Positions 52,342 through 63,939 of a stretch of 64,000 nt of DNA are shown in pieces. The position numbers were made by a program, and so were the translations under genes. Origin of the DNA: Takakia lepidozioides (taxonomy: Eukaryota > Plantae > Bryophyta); the NCBI GenBank assembly GCA_030704615.1, contig CM060731.1, positions 63,240,001 to 63,304,000 of the forward strand, written 5' to 3'. The notes below the pieces were generated by a model that worked only from the letters and a program-made list of their open reading frames with translations, was not told where the DNA came from and searched no databases. Position 1 is the first letter of the stretch, and every line of letters begins with the position of its first letter.

Positions 52342-55300
52342 CTCCCACTCATAAACATAAGCTTCATGCACGAGCCTTAAGGTACTGGCACTATGCCTTC
52401 CATGCTCCTAAATCTGATAAATTTATCAGCTGGTAGAGCCTTAGTAAACATGTCTGCAAGCTGATCCTGCGTAGGAACGTAAGCTACGTCTACCTCCCCT
52501 GCAACCTGCTTGTCTCGCCATCTCCCCCATAGTCCGCATCACAGTAACCCGTCAAGGTATTCTCAGCCTGTTCACTGCTCCCACTAAAGCAAATCCCATA
52601 GTTAGTATGCCCTTTAGATAAATGAGCTCTTCCTAGACAGTGCGAATGTTTTGCTGCACAACTGACAGCATAGGCAACGTCAGGTCGTGTGCCCAACATC
52701 GCAAACATAAGTGAGCCAACTACGTCCCTGTAAGGTAGGTACTCACTATTCTCTTCTTCGTTATCTTTGTATTGTTCAGCCACATGCAAGCTGCTTAACC
52801 TTGCATTAGGGTCAGCTGGAACAATCGCAGGACTTGCGTCATCAAATCCAAAACGTTTGATGATATGAGCTTTAGCAACTACTCTTGCCTTGAACCTCTC
52901 AATTGTGCCATTCGATTTCTGTTTGACCTTAAACACCCATTGGCACTTTATGGCTGTTCTCCCTGGGGGCAATTTGCCTAGAACCCATGTTCTGTTCTGC
53001 AGCAATGATCGATACTCTTCAGACATGGCTTCTTTCCAGCTTTCCGAATGTCCAGACTTAATGGCTTCCTTATAGATTTAAGGCTCATCAGGTAAAGACT
53101 CGGCTTCCGCTAAGCATGCATGAGACGATTTCTGCTTACTTCCTTCATTTAATTTGACACGGTTAATACATATTCACTCAGTCTACTCGGTGGTCTCCTT
53201 TCCCTGTGTGGATTAACTCTTAGTGGTTGGACTGCTTGGTCTCTCCCACTGGTCAATGCTTCTCCCACTCTCGTAGTTAGATCAGCATTGGTCAACAAAG
53301 GCACTACAGAAATACCACTCTCTATTGACTCATTCAATTGACAAGGTCTTGTATTTTCCTGACCTGTGATTATGTCACCAACAGGTGTGGCTACCTGGTT
53401 GTGACCATTCTGAACTATAGGAGGAATTACTGATGTTGTTGGCACATTGACTACACTCTGAGTTTTGAAATCCAAAACATCTACAGTCAGTTTATCTCCC
53501 TGCAGTGTATTCTCTTCGAAAAGTACATATCGACTGATCGTGATTTTTCTCTTGACAGGATCCCAGAGTCTGTAAGCTTTGTTTGTCTCACAGTAGCCTA
53601 CAAACAAATGCTTGACACTCTTCGGATCAAAGTTCTTCCGTAATTCTTTCGGGACATGCACATATGTCGTATTCCCAAAAATCCTCAAGTGCGCAATTGA
53701 TGGTTTTCTCTTGTGCCATTTCTCAAACGGAGTCTCGTTCTCCAATGTTCTGGTAGTAGATCGATTTAGTACATACACGGCTGTATGCACAGCTTCTGCC
53801 CAGAGATAAATAGGTAACCCATTCGCATACACATGCTTCTGGCGCTCTCGACAATTGTCCTATTTCGTTCAATATAGCCGTTCTGTTGCGGCGTATAGGG
53901 AGCTGTGGTCTCTTGCCGTATCCCTGCTTGTTGCAAGTAATCTTGGAAATATTTTCCCATATACTCTCCATCTCGATCAGTTCTAAGAATCTTGATCTCG
54001 TTACATGTTTCTGTCTTGACCTGTTTCTGCAAGACCTTGAAACACAAGAAGACATCTGACTTCTTCTTAATGCAATAGATAAAGCTATAGCCACTATTAT
54101 CATCCTTAAACAAAGCATAGTATCTAGACCCTGATGGCGAATTAACACTCATAGGACCACATATGTCCGAGTGAAAAAACCCGGTCTCTCGGATCTCTCA
54201 CGATTGAGTTTTCCTTCAAATGGTAGCCTGTGCTGTTTTCGAAACACACAGCCATTAACAGAGGCTGTCGCTTATAGCTTCAGTAGTAAGTCTCAATCCT
54301 TCTACCATATTCTTCTGATTCATCCTTTTTATCGTTGCAACATTTACATGCCTTAGTCTGCAATGCCAAACCTTCAAATCACTCATTCTTTTTTATGCTA
54401 GGTTTGCTTCAGACTCTTTGGTTCTCTCAACCAGTTCCTCATCTTTGACATCTGTGTTCCAGTCTGCGACTACAACATTTGCTTGAGTATCATTTGGATC
54501 TATGACCTCAATATCAAGCTTGTAAAGCTTTCTGTCCCTTCTTCCTTCCATCACAGTATTTCCTACTGCATCAGTTAGTTTGCAAGTATTCTTGTTATAA
54601 GTAGTTGTAAGATTCTTGTCAGCAGCTTGGCCTATGGAAAAAAGATTTTTCTTTAACTCTGGGACATACAGAACATTCTTGATCGTCCCACGCTTCCATC
54701 TGTCAAGTTATTTTACCACTAGTGTGAAACTAGCTAGGAAATAGCTAGCTTTTACATATTGACATTTGGGATTGGCCCAAGTGTCAATCCAGGGGTCAAG
54801 GCAGATTTAGGCCCTGGAGAGTTGAGCCTCACCGCGCCTAGCTATGGCACCGTAGCGTGGATTCCCCATGGCGTGGGGTGCACTTGGCTTGACTTGTATT
54901 TGAGTGATGAGTTTATATATGCATGAGTTTATGCTTCAGCTTTGTGAGCTCGCATGAGCTTGTGCTTGTATTCTTCTTCTTTATCACTCGAGAAAGATGA
55001 GCTCGTATCTGTAAGTGCCAGATACGAGTTAGTTGTAGCACTTGTGGTTTTTGCTTGAGAATGAGAGAAACCAGGTTGTTATGCAAGGAGCACCGTGGAG
55101 CTCTTGGTTGTTAGGAGTGGAGGCGATGTGGGTTACGAGGTAGACCTTGGCATTCGATCTTCAACTTCAGAGATGAAAGCACCATACTGCAGGTAATTCT
55201 AGAGCACCTTGATGGTTTCAGATTGTATGCATTAGCAAGCACGATTGGGAAGAAGACCAGTCAAGAGCAGGTTATAGTGGCTTTGGTGGCAAAGCTGAGA

Positions 55301-55649
55301 ACTGGACTTGGGAATGCGAGCTTTTATTGTGTGAAGGATTGCAAGACCAATCGAAAGGGCTGATTTGGCTTGGGGCAAATCAGTGCACTTTGTGGAGTAT
55401 GTTGAGAGTGGGTTTCAATCTCGAGCTTCAGCATTCAGGGGGCTCTTGTCATGGCAATAGCAGGGCTAGAACAGGAGCTAAGAGGTGCGGCAAGGCCATG
55501 AAATGTGCACCTAGGGTTTTAGAGCTTGGAAGAAGAGCTCTTGCACCACAAGAGGAGTGTCTTGTGGCTGGAAATGTAAGCCTTAGGGTTTCAGGAGCTT
55601 GGCAAAGGCTGTGGAGTGCTTAGTTTTGTCTTAGAGAGCATCAAGGAGC

Positions 55650-56140
55650 CAAGGAGCCAAGATAGGGGGCTGATACCTCTTGTGTGAAGAGGTTGCATGT
55701 GTGGAGCATGTATTCAGCTCATTGAAGCTTCTATCTTCAAGCTTGGAGGGCAAGCAAGGAAGAGGGAAGGGCTGACTTCCCTTATGTGAGGGCAATGCAT
55801 GTGTGGAGCATGCTTTCGGCCTGTTGAAGGCTTGTACTTTCAAGTTTGGGAGTGCAAGAAAAGAAGGAAGGGGCTGGTTTCCCTGTAAGGCATGTGTGGA
55901 GCATGCTTCCAGCCCGCTGAAGCTTGTATTTTCAGGTTGGTGGGTGCAAGAAAGGAAGCAAATGGGCTGATTCTCTTGTGGTGAGAGTGGGGCATGTGTG
56001 GAGCATGCCTTCAGTCCATTGGGCTTTTGTTTTCAAGCTTTAGAGAACTAGAAGAGAAGGTAAGGGGCTGATCTGCTCTTATGTGACAGTCCGACACTTG
56101 TAGAGCGTGTTCTTAGTTGGGGTTTCAACCTCAAGCCTAG
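55650..56140. repeat. ~100-bp tandem repeat, 4-5 diverged copies
   Basis: GCATGTGTGGAGCATG at 55695, 55797, 55890 and 55992. Confidence 0.85.
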
Positions 56141-56519
56141 ATAGAGCATGGCTCTTGAAGTGGCAGATGTAGGGGGCTGGAATAGGCTCTAAAACAGATG
56201 CTATGGCCAAGGAAAACTCTTGAATGAGTGCTCAGAAGGGCTGGAAACCAACAAGGCTTGGTTGTTTGCCATTGAGTTTAGTGGCGTGTTTGGAGAGTCT
56301 AAGTGAGAAAGAAGGCTTGGTTTGTGGCAACCATCTTCCTCATGGCTTAGGCCTACTATTGGTGGTGTGTGGGAGCCGAAAGAGCAAGAATACCTTGCTA
56401 ATTTCTTCACAGCCACCATAGCTTGGTGCAAAGAAGCCTAGAGTCCAAGAGACACAAACCCTAGCTTGGCGTGGCTAAACCTTTTGGAGAAATGGCTAAA
56501 CTGCCATGAGTGGCCATGG

Positions 56520-57165
56520 ATGGGGCTGTGAGGGGCTGTGACAGGCTGTGACAGGCTGTGCCCTGTGGCCTGTGGCCTGTGGGGCCGTGACGGGCTGTGA
56601 GGGGCTGTGGCCTTTGGGGCTATGACCCCTGTGACCTGTGTAGGGCTGTGACAAGCTGTGCCATGTGGCCTGTGGGGCTGTTATGAGCTGTGAGGGGCTG
56701 TGACAGGCTGTGCCCTGTGGCCTATGGGGCTGTGAGGGGCTGTGAGGGGTTGTGGCCTTTGGGGCTGTGACCCCTGTGACCTGTGTAGGGCTATGACAGG
56801 CTGTGCCATGTGGCTTGTGGGGCTGTGAGGGGCTGTGGCGGGCTGGGACAGGCTGTGCCCTGTGGCCTGTGGGGCTGTGACAGGCTGTGGCAGGCTGTGA
56901 CAGGCTTTGCCCTGTGGCCTATAGGGCTGTGATGGGCTGTGGCCTTTGGGGCTGTGACCCTGTGACCTTTGTAGGGCTGTGACAGGCTGTGCCTGTGGCC
57001 TTTGGGGTTGCGATGACAGGCTGTGATCTGTGGCCGTGGGGGCTGTGACAGGCTATGACATGTGGCCTTTGGGGCTGTGACGGGCTGTGACAGGCTGCGG
57101 CCTGTGGGGCTGTGACCCTGTGACCTGTGTAGGGCTGTGACAGGCTGTGACTAGTGAGCTGTGTG
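56520..57165. repeat. Degenerate ~10-bp minisatellite (GGGCTGTGAC/GGCCTGTG) with higher-order structure
   Basis: Dense array of GGCTGTGA variants. Confidence 0.92.
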
Positions 57166-58085
57166 GGCTTGTGCTGGTCTGTGGTGGCCCGTGTTGACCT
57201 GTGGACGGCATGTGCTGACTCGTGGAGGCACTGGTGGACTGCCTAAGGACTAACATGTGGTCTTGAAGGCCAAATTTTGAAGCTCGTGGAGGGCGGTTTG
57301 AGGAGCATCTTCATGACATTCCCATGGTCATGCAAATGAGGGAAGAGATGAGATGAAGAGTGTTGGGATGAGGGCATGTTGGGGTTAGGCATTGCTTTAG
57401 CTTCTCTTCCTCGGAGTTTCCACCCTCTCATTAGGCCAAGACCTTTCCGTAGGTGGAGGCAAGAGTCAGTCCGGGTTTGGGCTGGGGTGTCCTTGCAGGA
57501 GCAACACCGTGGAGTTGTTTTTGGTGTGGGGGAGTTGTCGTTCTGATTTCTTGTGTTTGGATCCCCTCCATACCTACATGCTTGACTGTGCGCCATGCTA
57601 GTTTTGTGTGGGCGCTTGTTTTTATAGGTGATTGGTCCGGATTTGATCACCGGCCAGTCCTAGAGCATGCTGTCGATGGTGAGGCTGGGCTGATGACCAG
57701 CCAGACCATCATGTTTCTCCTGTGGTGAGGTTGGAGGTGATGACCAGCCAACCATAGGAGTGCTTGCGGTGGATGCAGGTACAAGTGTAGGCTATGTTAG
57801 AAACTTAGTATTCCAAACCATAAGCCGCAACAGGTTCTCTACCCGGTTACCTTGTGGAGAGGGGGTTAGGGACATGTTCATGACCGGTTGAGTGTCAACA
57901 CGGAGGTGCCACTAGTTGCTGGGGACAGTGCCAGTTCGAGCACTAGCGATACTAGTGGGTACACGAGACGAGGTGTGCGGTTTAGGCCACCTTCACCTCC
58001 TATGTCTTCTACGGAAAATTCTGATTCGGATTGTGAATCAGGAGGACTCATACCGGCGGTGCAAGTTGTTTTGTTGTAGGACACA

Positions 58086-60401
58086 ATGGAGGAGATGTAT
58101 GGAGCTACCAAGGGGCCACGAAGGTACTCTGGGGCGGTGGGCACCATCGAATTGGATGATTTTATCCAAGAGTTTGATAGTTGGTGTGATTTGCAGCAAA
58201 TGCGCAATCCACAACTATTTACGCCTTTCATGGCATGGAAGGGGCTGTTTCAGCACCTTGAGGGGCCGCCTATAGATGATTACCATGAGTTCAGGCGGGA
58301 GCATGAGGTTGGGATCGAGGAGTGGAGGATGTACTGTTCACCCGACTATGTCTCCATCACTAGGGGCACTAGAGTCACGAGGGCAGTGGCTACACTTGCC
58401 GCTTCACCGGCAGCTTCAGCAAGCAGCAGTGGGACTAGTAGGACTGGTGGTACCGTAGCTACGACGTCCACCCAAGCCACTACCGCACCAGCACCAGTAC
58501 CCGTGCCTGCCTTCATCCCTGTTGTGGAGTTCTTCGAAGAGTTGAGAAGGAACTACCAAGGGGTGAGGACAGAGAAGTTGCGGAGCTTGCAAGAGTTCCA
58601 ATGGAAGCCTACTAAGAGCTTGAGGGAGGTTTTCACTCGCATGAGGCGCTTGATAAATGTAACCCAAGGGTTTACGGAAGCTCAGGCAGTCCAATTCTGG
58701 TATGGGATATTGGATAAGGAGCTGAGAAGAAGGGTGCGGGATGCAACTCTCCTACAAGCGGCCCAACCCACCTTAACAAATGTGTTTTTGTTGGTAGAGC
58801 GGATAGAGCTCAACATGGTGGAGGAACGAGTGGTCATGTTGGGATTTGCTAAGGAGACACCACGGGGTAGTGGTGATCCTAGCCAACCACTACCTCAACG
58901 TGCTCAAGGCAACAAGGGGGCTCAGGTGAAGCTCAGGGAAGGGCAGAGAGGACCTCAGATGCAAGGGTCTCTCCCTTCATTTGCAGGCCAACAACGGGCG
59001 GATGTAGTGTGTTGGACATGTGGAGGACCCCACGTCAAGAAGGATTGTCCAGAGGGAGGCAAAGGGTCGGCACATGCACAGCCTGCACAGTTGCAGTGTG
59101 GGCATTGTGGCAAGCACAGGCATGGAGAGGCCCAGTGTTATGGTTTGCATCCTGAGTTGCACCCAGGCCAGTTCCAAAGGAACAATGGTGGCCGGGGGCG
59201 AGGTGGAGCAGCCCATAGAGGACGAGGTGCAGGCCAAGGGCAAGCTCAATATGGCCAAGGACGCGGAGGTCAGGGTGTTGATCAAGGCATGACCAACCGG
59301 CTTCAGCAGCTAGAGCAGAGGCTCGCTGCCATGGCTACAGCTTAGGTGGTACCGGCTCCAAGGCCGGATGGTCCACCTCCTGCTCCTGAGGGAGGAGATA
59401 TGGGAGGCATGGGATTCATGTGCGGAGCAACACTACCACTAGTGCAGGTGGAGTCTACTGCAGCCGTGACTCGAGGAGCAGCACGAGTTCATGAGCCACG
59501 AGGTGCAGAGGTGGAGTTGGATCTACAGCGTGGGGAGGCAAGCCGTCAGGCTAGGCTTCCTCAGTCATTCACATTGGCGGAGACAATGTCGACGCCATCC
59601 ATGGCACCTAGTTCTCGCCCGACTGTTACCGAGGCGGAGGTTACTATGCCATTGGGGAGAGCTACACGGGTAGCACCACTACCTAGTGTTGCCAAGGCTA
59701 TGGCAGCTAGTGTGCTGCTAGGAGCGGCCACATCTGTGTGCCAGGCTCCATTGTTCTCGGCTACCATGATTGCGACGCCGGGGGTAAGACCAGCTGAGGT
59801 GTTCAGGCTGGCAGCTACACTCTGTGAGAGTGGGGAGGTTACTTCATCTTCTGCGGAGATAGTGGGAGGTGTAGTGCCGGAGGGATCCTCGGATTTGAGG
59901 GTCAAGACTGCCACGGCGGCGCCATGGCAAGTTGCAGCTGCCAGGTTGATGGAGCTGCCAGCTAGGCCAGCCATTGAACGCGCCATGGTGACACCTGGAG
60001 TTGTCATGTTAGACAACCAGGATGACATTTTCTATTTGAATGGACCGGCAGGCAAGAGGTACCGGCCACTGCGGGTCTTGTTGGACTCAGGAGCTCAGCC
60101 ATTGATGCTGGGCAGAGCTGCTATTGCAGGCTTGGGCCTCACGGAGGCGGATATGAAGCCTTGTCCTTTCCAGATACAGACGTCTCTAGGAGGATCGGAG
60201 CAGGCTCGGGGCATGACACGGCGTGAGTTGGCTATCAGACTACGGCCGGATCACCCTACACATGGCTCAGTGATGCGAGCCAAGGCCATTGTGACAGACG
60301 CGGTATCGTACGATGTCCTGGTTGGTGAGGCAGTGTTGTATCTCATGGGCTTCACCCTGGATTTTTGGGAGGAGTCAGCTTCCTATAGGCCTGGATGGTA
60401 G
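58086..60401 (+). pseudogene. Retroelement Gag plus aspartic protease (one frame, broken by TAG at 59343 and 60399)
   Basis: ORFs 58086-59345 and 59346-60401 are contiguous in frame; copy 1 has CAG at both stops. Confidence 0.9.
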
Positions 60402-60786
60402 TCAGGGGAGGGCCGCGCGTGTGCAGCTCCCTGGAGGAGTTGCGGTTGCCCAGCGAGGCAAGATGCTGATACTAGCAGCATTCACAGCTGCAGTGAGTTG
60501 GCCTGGAGAGCTGCTTGAGGGCAACGCTCATTCAGAGGATGTGTCATCTCCGGGAGAGCAGGATGACATGCATGGTATGGCCGAGTTGCCTGCCATGATT
60601 GTTCAGACTCCATTGTGGGGCACGAGCAAAGATTTGCAGCAGGTTGCTAATCGACGGGTGCAACAAGCCTGGGTGGAGGCTTTTGTACCATCAAGAGAAG
60701 AAGAGAGTGCGGGGATTGCACCAGGACCACCTCAGTTGTCTCCATTGGACACCACACCTATTGTGTGGCAATATCCGGATGAAGGC

Positions 60787-61740
60787 ATTTGTCTTCTGGA
60801 CTTGTTTGGCGGGATCAGCACCGGATTGGCTGATGTGTTACAGGCAGGTTTACGAGTTCGGCGTTATCTGTATGTAGAGAGAGATGAGACTGCACAACGC
60901 GTTTCACTTCACCATGTTGCTCAGTTGGTGCAGCAGTACCCTGAGTTGTTGCCGATGTCTGCAGTTCGTGGATATCAGCAGGCTTTGCCAGCAGACATTT
61001 CGTTGCTGGGGGCGCAGGATTTGGAACGGGTTGGCTCCATTGATCTGGTAGTGGCAAGTTGGCCCTGCCAAGGGCATTCATCAGCCGGGCATGGCAATGG
61101 ATTGCAAGACTCAAGGTCGGGTCTGTTTTGGGAGATGATGCGGGTTTTGCGCCACTTGCAGCTTCATCAAGCTGTATCTCCAGCATACATCTTGGAGAAT
61201 GTGCCACTGATGGGCAATTCTTGGGCCAAGGTGATGGCCAGTGTGCATCAAGTCCGGTCGTGGCTTGGGTCAGCAGTGTTGCTAGATGCAGCTACAGTGA
61301 GGTCACGGGCTCATCGTCCACGGCTATGGTGGACTAACTTGATGCCACCCGCACTGCTCAAGCGTGCATTTGATGGGGTGTAGCGGTCAGCATACCTCAC
61401 AGTGGATAGCATTTTGGGCACATGGAGGCAGTCTCAGCGTGTGAGACACGATGACCGTTCGCTTTTGGCAGTGGTCAACAAGGTGGGTCAACCACAAGCA
61501 GCATTACCTACACTGCTCAGCTTCCCAGGATCGCATACTTTCCGGGATAGTGGACCTGGCCTCCTGTGGGATGCTCAGTTGTAGCAGTTAGTGGAGCCTA
61601 ATGCTGACGAGCGTGAGCGGGCAATGGGTTTTACCACTGGTACCACGGCGGTGCCGTCTCTTTCTGAGGCATCACGTCGTCAGGTGTTGGGGCAAGCAAT
61701 GGATCTCAATTGCTTGACCTGGATTATCAGCTTGGCTATG
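60787..61740 (+). pseudogene. Retroelement-encoded C5-cytosine DNA methyltransferase domain (DNMT3-like), two in-frame TAG stops
   Basis: Motif I LLDLFGGI, II YVERD, III DI, IV SWPCQGHS (catalytic Cys), RSGLFWE, VI LENV, VIII AHRPRLWWTNL, IX ERERAMGF, X RRQVLGQAMD, in canonical order and one frame. Confidence 0.93.
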
Positions 61741-62311
61741 GCTGAGCAACGCAGAGTGCGGAGTACACTTCCCTCGATGGTCTCTCTGCCTACCGATACG
61801 GTACAGGCAATGAGTGGGGGCGAGCATGTGAGGACCACGGGGTGCAGGCATCCATGGCACACGTGGGAGGTGCTCGAGGTTCAGAGGGAGTTGGCAGCCA
61901 GGGCGGCTGTGATGGATGAGGTTGGGGATTTTTCTCGGGTTGAAGAAGTCCTCGAGGATGAGATGATGGGGCATGATGAGGCCTTGTCATTGACTAAGCA
62001 GGCATGGAGTATTGCTCAAGAGGTTGCAACATAGCAACCACTGGACGTGTCCTCTACCTCTAAGCCCACTGGACTTAAGGTTGCAGTTACGGAGGACAAT
62101 TGGGAGCCTGACATTGGACCCATTGTCACCGGAGGAGAGAAACGACGTATACGGCGGTTCCTGAGGGCTTACAGGAATTGCTTTGCCTTCAGCTTGAAGG
62201 ACTTGGGAACACTGAAGGGTCAAGAGATTCGTATTGAGTAAACAAAAACAAGAAAACATAACAGCATCTTCAGCTTAGTGGTTTCAATACCAAGATTGTG
62301 GGCCCATAATC

Positions 62312-62583
62312 TATTGACAGAGTTTATAAATCTACACACATCTACAACGAGATTTCACAGCCTGAGTCCTACGGTCTGTATATTCAGACATGAGAGAGAG
62401 AGAGAGCACAACAAGACAACTGTGTTTGATTCTTGAAAAACAAGATTTCATATCAATCAGGCTTCACGTCTATCTGTATTTTGTCCAGTAACGAGCAGTC
62501 AATATATTTGACCAGCTGTCACTAATTTAAAATCAAACTCCTCATGATGAAGGTGTGTGGATGTAAATTGTTGTAATCCTACA
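62312..62583 (-). repeat. Copia 5' LTR
   Basis: Followed on the minus strand by PBS GATTATGGGCCCA. Confidence 0.95.
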
Positions 62584-63939
62584 TACAGCTGCGCTTCGAA
62601 GTAATTGTGCAGGTTATCCATGACATTGCCCATGAATCAAGCAAGCAATTAATGTGCCTAGAGTGTCAGATTGCGACCTACTTGGTTGACTACTCCTCCT
62701 TTGGCTGCGAGGGAATTGTCATCACCATAACCACTCTGCCTGTAGTGAGCTGTGGTGTGATGCTCAAATCTCGTGCTAAGGGCGGGATTCTCCTTCCCTC
62801 AGTAGCGCATGCAAGTTTTGAACTCACGGGATTCTCAATTCTTCCCGAGCCTTGCACACAAAACACTAATCCATTCTTAGAAGATACATGTAAGAAGATG
62901 TGATGGAACACTTTGAGAGTACCAGATTATGGACCCCTTGTCTCTCTCCTTGATAGACTTGATAGAAAGCCAGCCCTGATGATATGTGTTGAGGTACCAG
63001 GCCCACCTCTGGCCTCACCATACCTCAGCTATGGAGCCTATGAAGTGACAACTTTCCTAGCAACTGGCCCTTCCCTGCAGCTGCCTTGGACGATAGAGAC
63101 ATCAACTGGAGACACCAGAAGAACTGAGACTCCAAAGCGATTGGGTCCACCAGAACTTTAAATCGAGAAACATTGAAGCTGATCGACCTCTCTTGCCTGG
63201 GAGTGACGATCTAACTTTCGTCCATCTCCCTTCACTACACTGCGTCCGTCTTCCATTAATTCGTCTGGTGCTCAGTGGCCCACCCCAAGCAACGACGCTT
63301 TGACAATTTCCGTTCAAAACTCAGAACGCTTGGCAGCGTGGAAGGCATCGACAATCAACTCCTGCGGTACACAGTTGACTAGACCGCGAAAAGGAGGCAG
63401 AGATCCGTTGAACACGAGGATTGTCCCGACTGCTCAAGTAGTGATCGTGAGATTCACAACCCAGTTTTGCGTAACAAATCCACCGAGCTCCCCACACCTT
63501 CCGACGTCACCATCCAGTCACCATCCCTCCCTCAGTTATTGCACTGGTTTCTGGAGGGCCCCGTTCCGACAGTAGACTGAATTTTGAGCTTAGGGACGAC
63601 GCGCTTTCACCTCAAAAGATATCCAGGTTGTCGTATATTAGAGCTGATCCTTACATATAGCCCTGAAGTTCCGCCTCAGTCATCTCCCTCTCTCTCTCTC
63701 TCTCTCTTCTCTTTGTGCGCTCTCCACCTCCTCTCTACTTGTGAACCATTTTGAGTCTGCAGAAAGCTGACAACAACCTCTCTCTCATCCAAGCTCAAGC
63801 TCCTAATCAGATTTAACGAATATATAACTGGTGAAGCGATTGTTTACACAAACTAAGTTCACATTTTAGGGCTTTCCAGAGCTAAAATTTATACAAAGGA
63901 GCTCGGTGTGGCACGATACGATCTAGACCAGCTACAAGA

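Larger units (their letters stand above)
54701..62238 (+). mobile_element. Ty3/Gypsy-type retroelement, copy 2: long leader, gag, protease, C5 DNA methyltransferase, start of RT; 3' part deleted
   Basis: Starts with TG exactly where the Copia pol is cut. Gag with two zinc knuckles, LLDSGAQ protease, DNMT motifs, then RRFLRAYRNCFAFSLKDLGTLKGQEIRIE typical of the Gypsy RT N-terminus. Confidence 0.88.
52061..62583 (-). mobile_element. Ty1/Copia LTR retrotransposon, degenerate, with nested Gypsy-DNMT element
   Basis: LTRs 52061-52341 and 62312-62583; TSD TACAG (52056-52060, 62584-62588); PBS at 62298-62311; PPT at 52342-52352. Pol remnants: LYVPELKKNLFS, WHCRL, HSDICGPM, TAPYTPQQNG, WVFKVKQKSNGTIERFKARVVAK, GYCDADYGG. 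Confidence 0.95.

Noticed and set aside
60313-61740. Bacterial restriction-modification methylase or contamination
   Set aside because: Embedded in frame between a retroviral-type protease and RT, within plant genes and TEs; no endonuclease or operon context
60313-61740. Host DNMT3/DRM gene
   Set aside because: Intronless, no UBA/PWWP/chromo domains, linear motif order, fused to retroelement domains
59343-62034. Stops repaired by U-to-C RNA editing
   Set aside because: That editing is organellar; this is nuclear TE DNA, and methylation-driven decay explains the pattern
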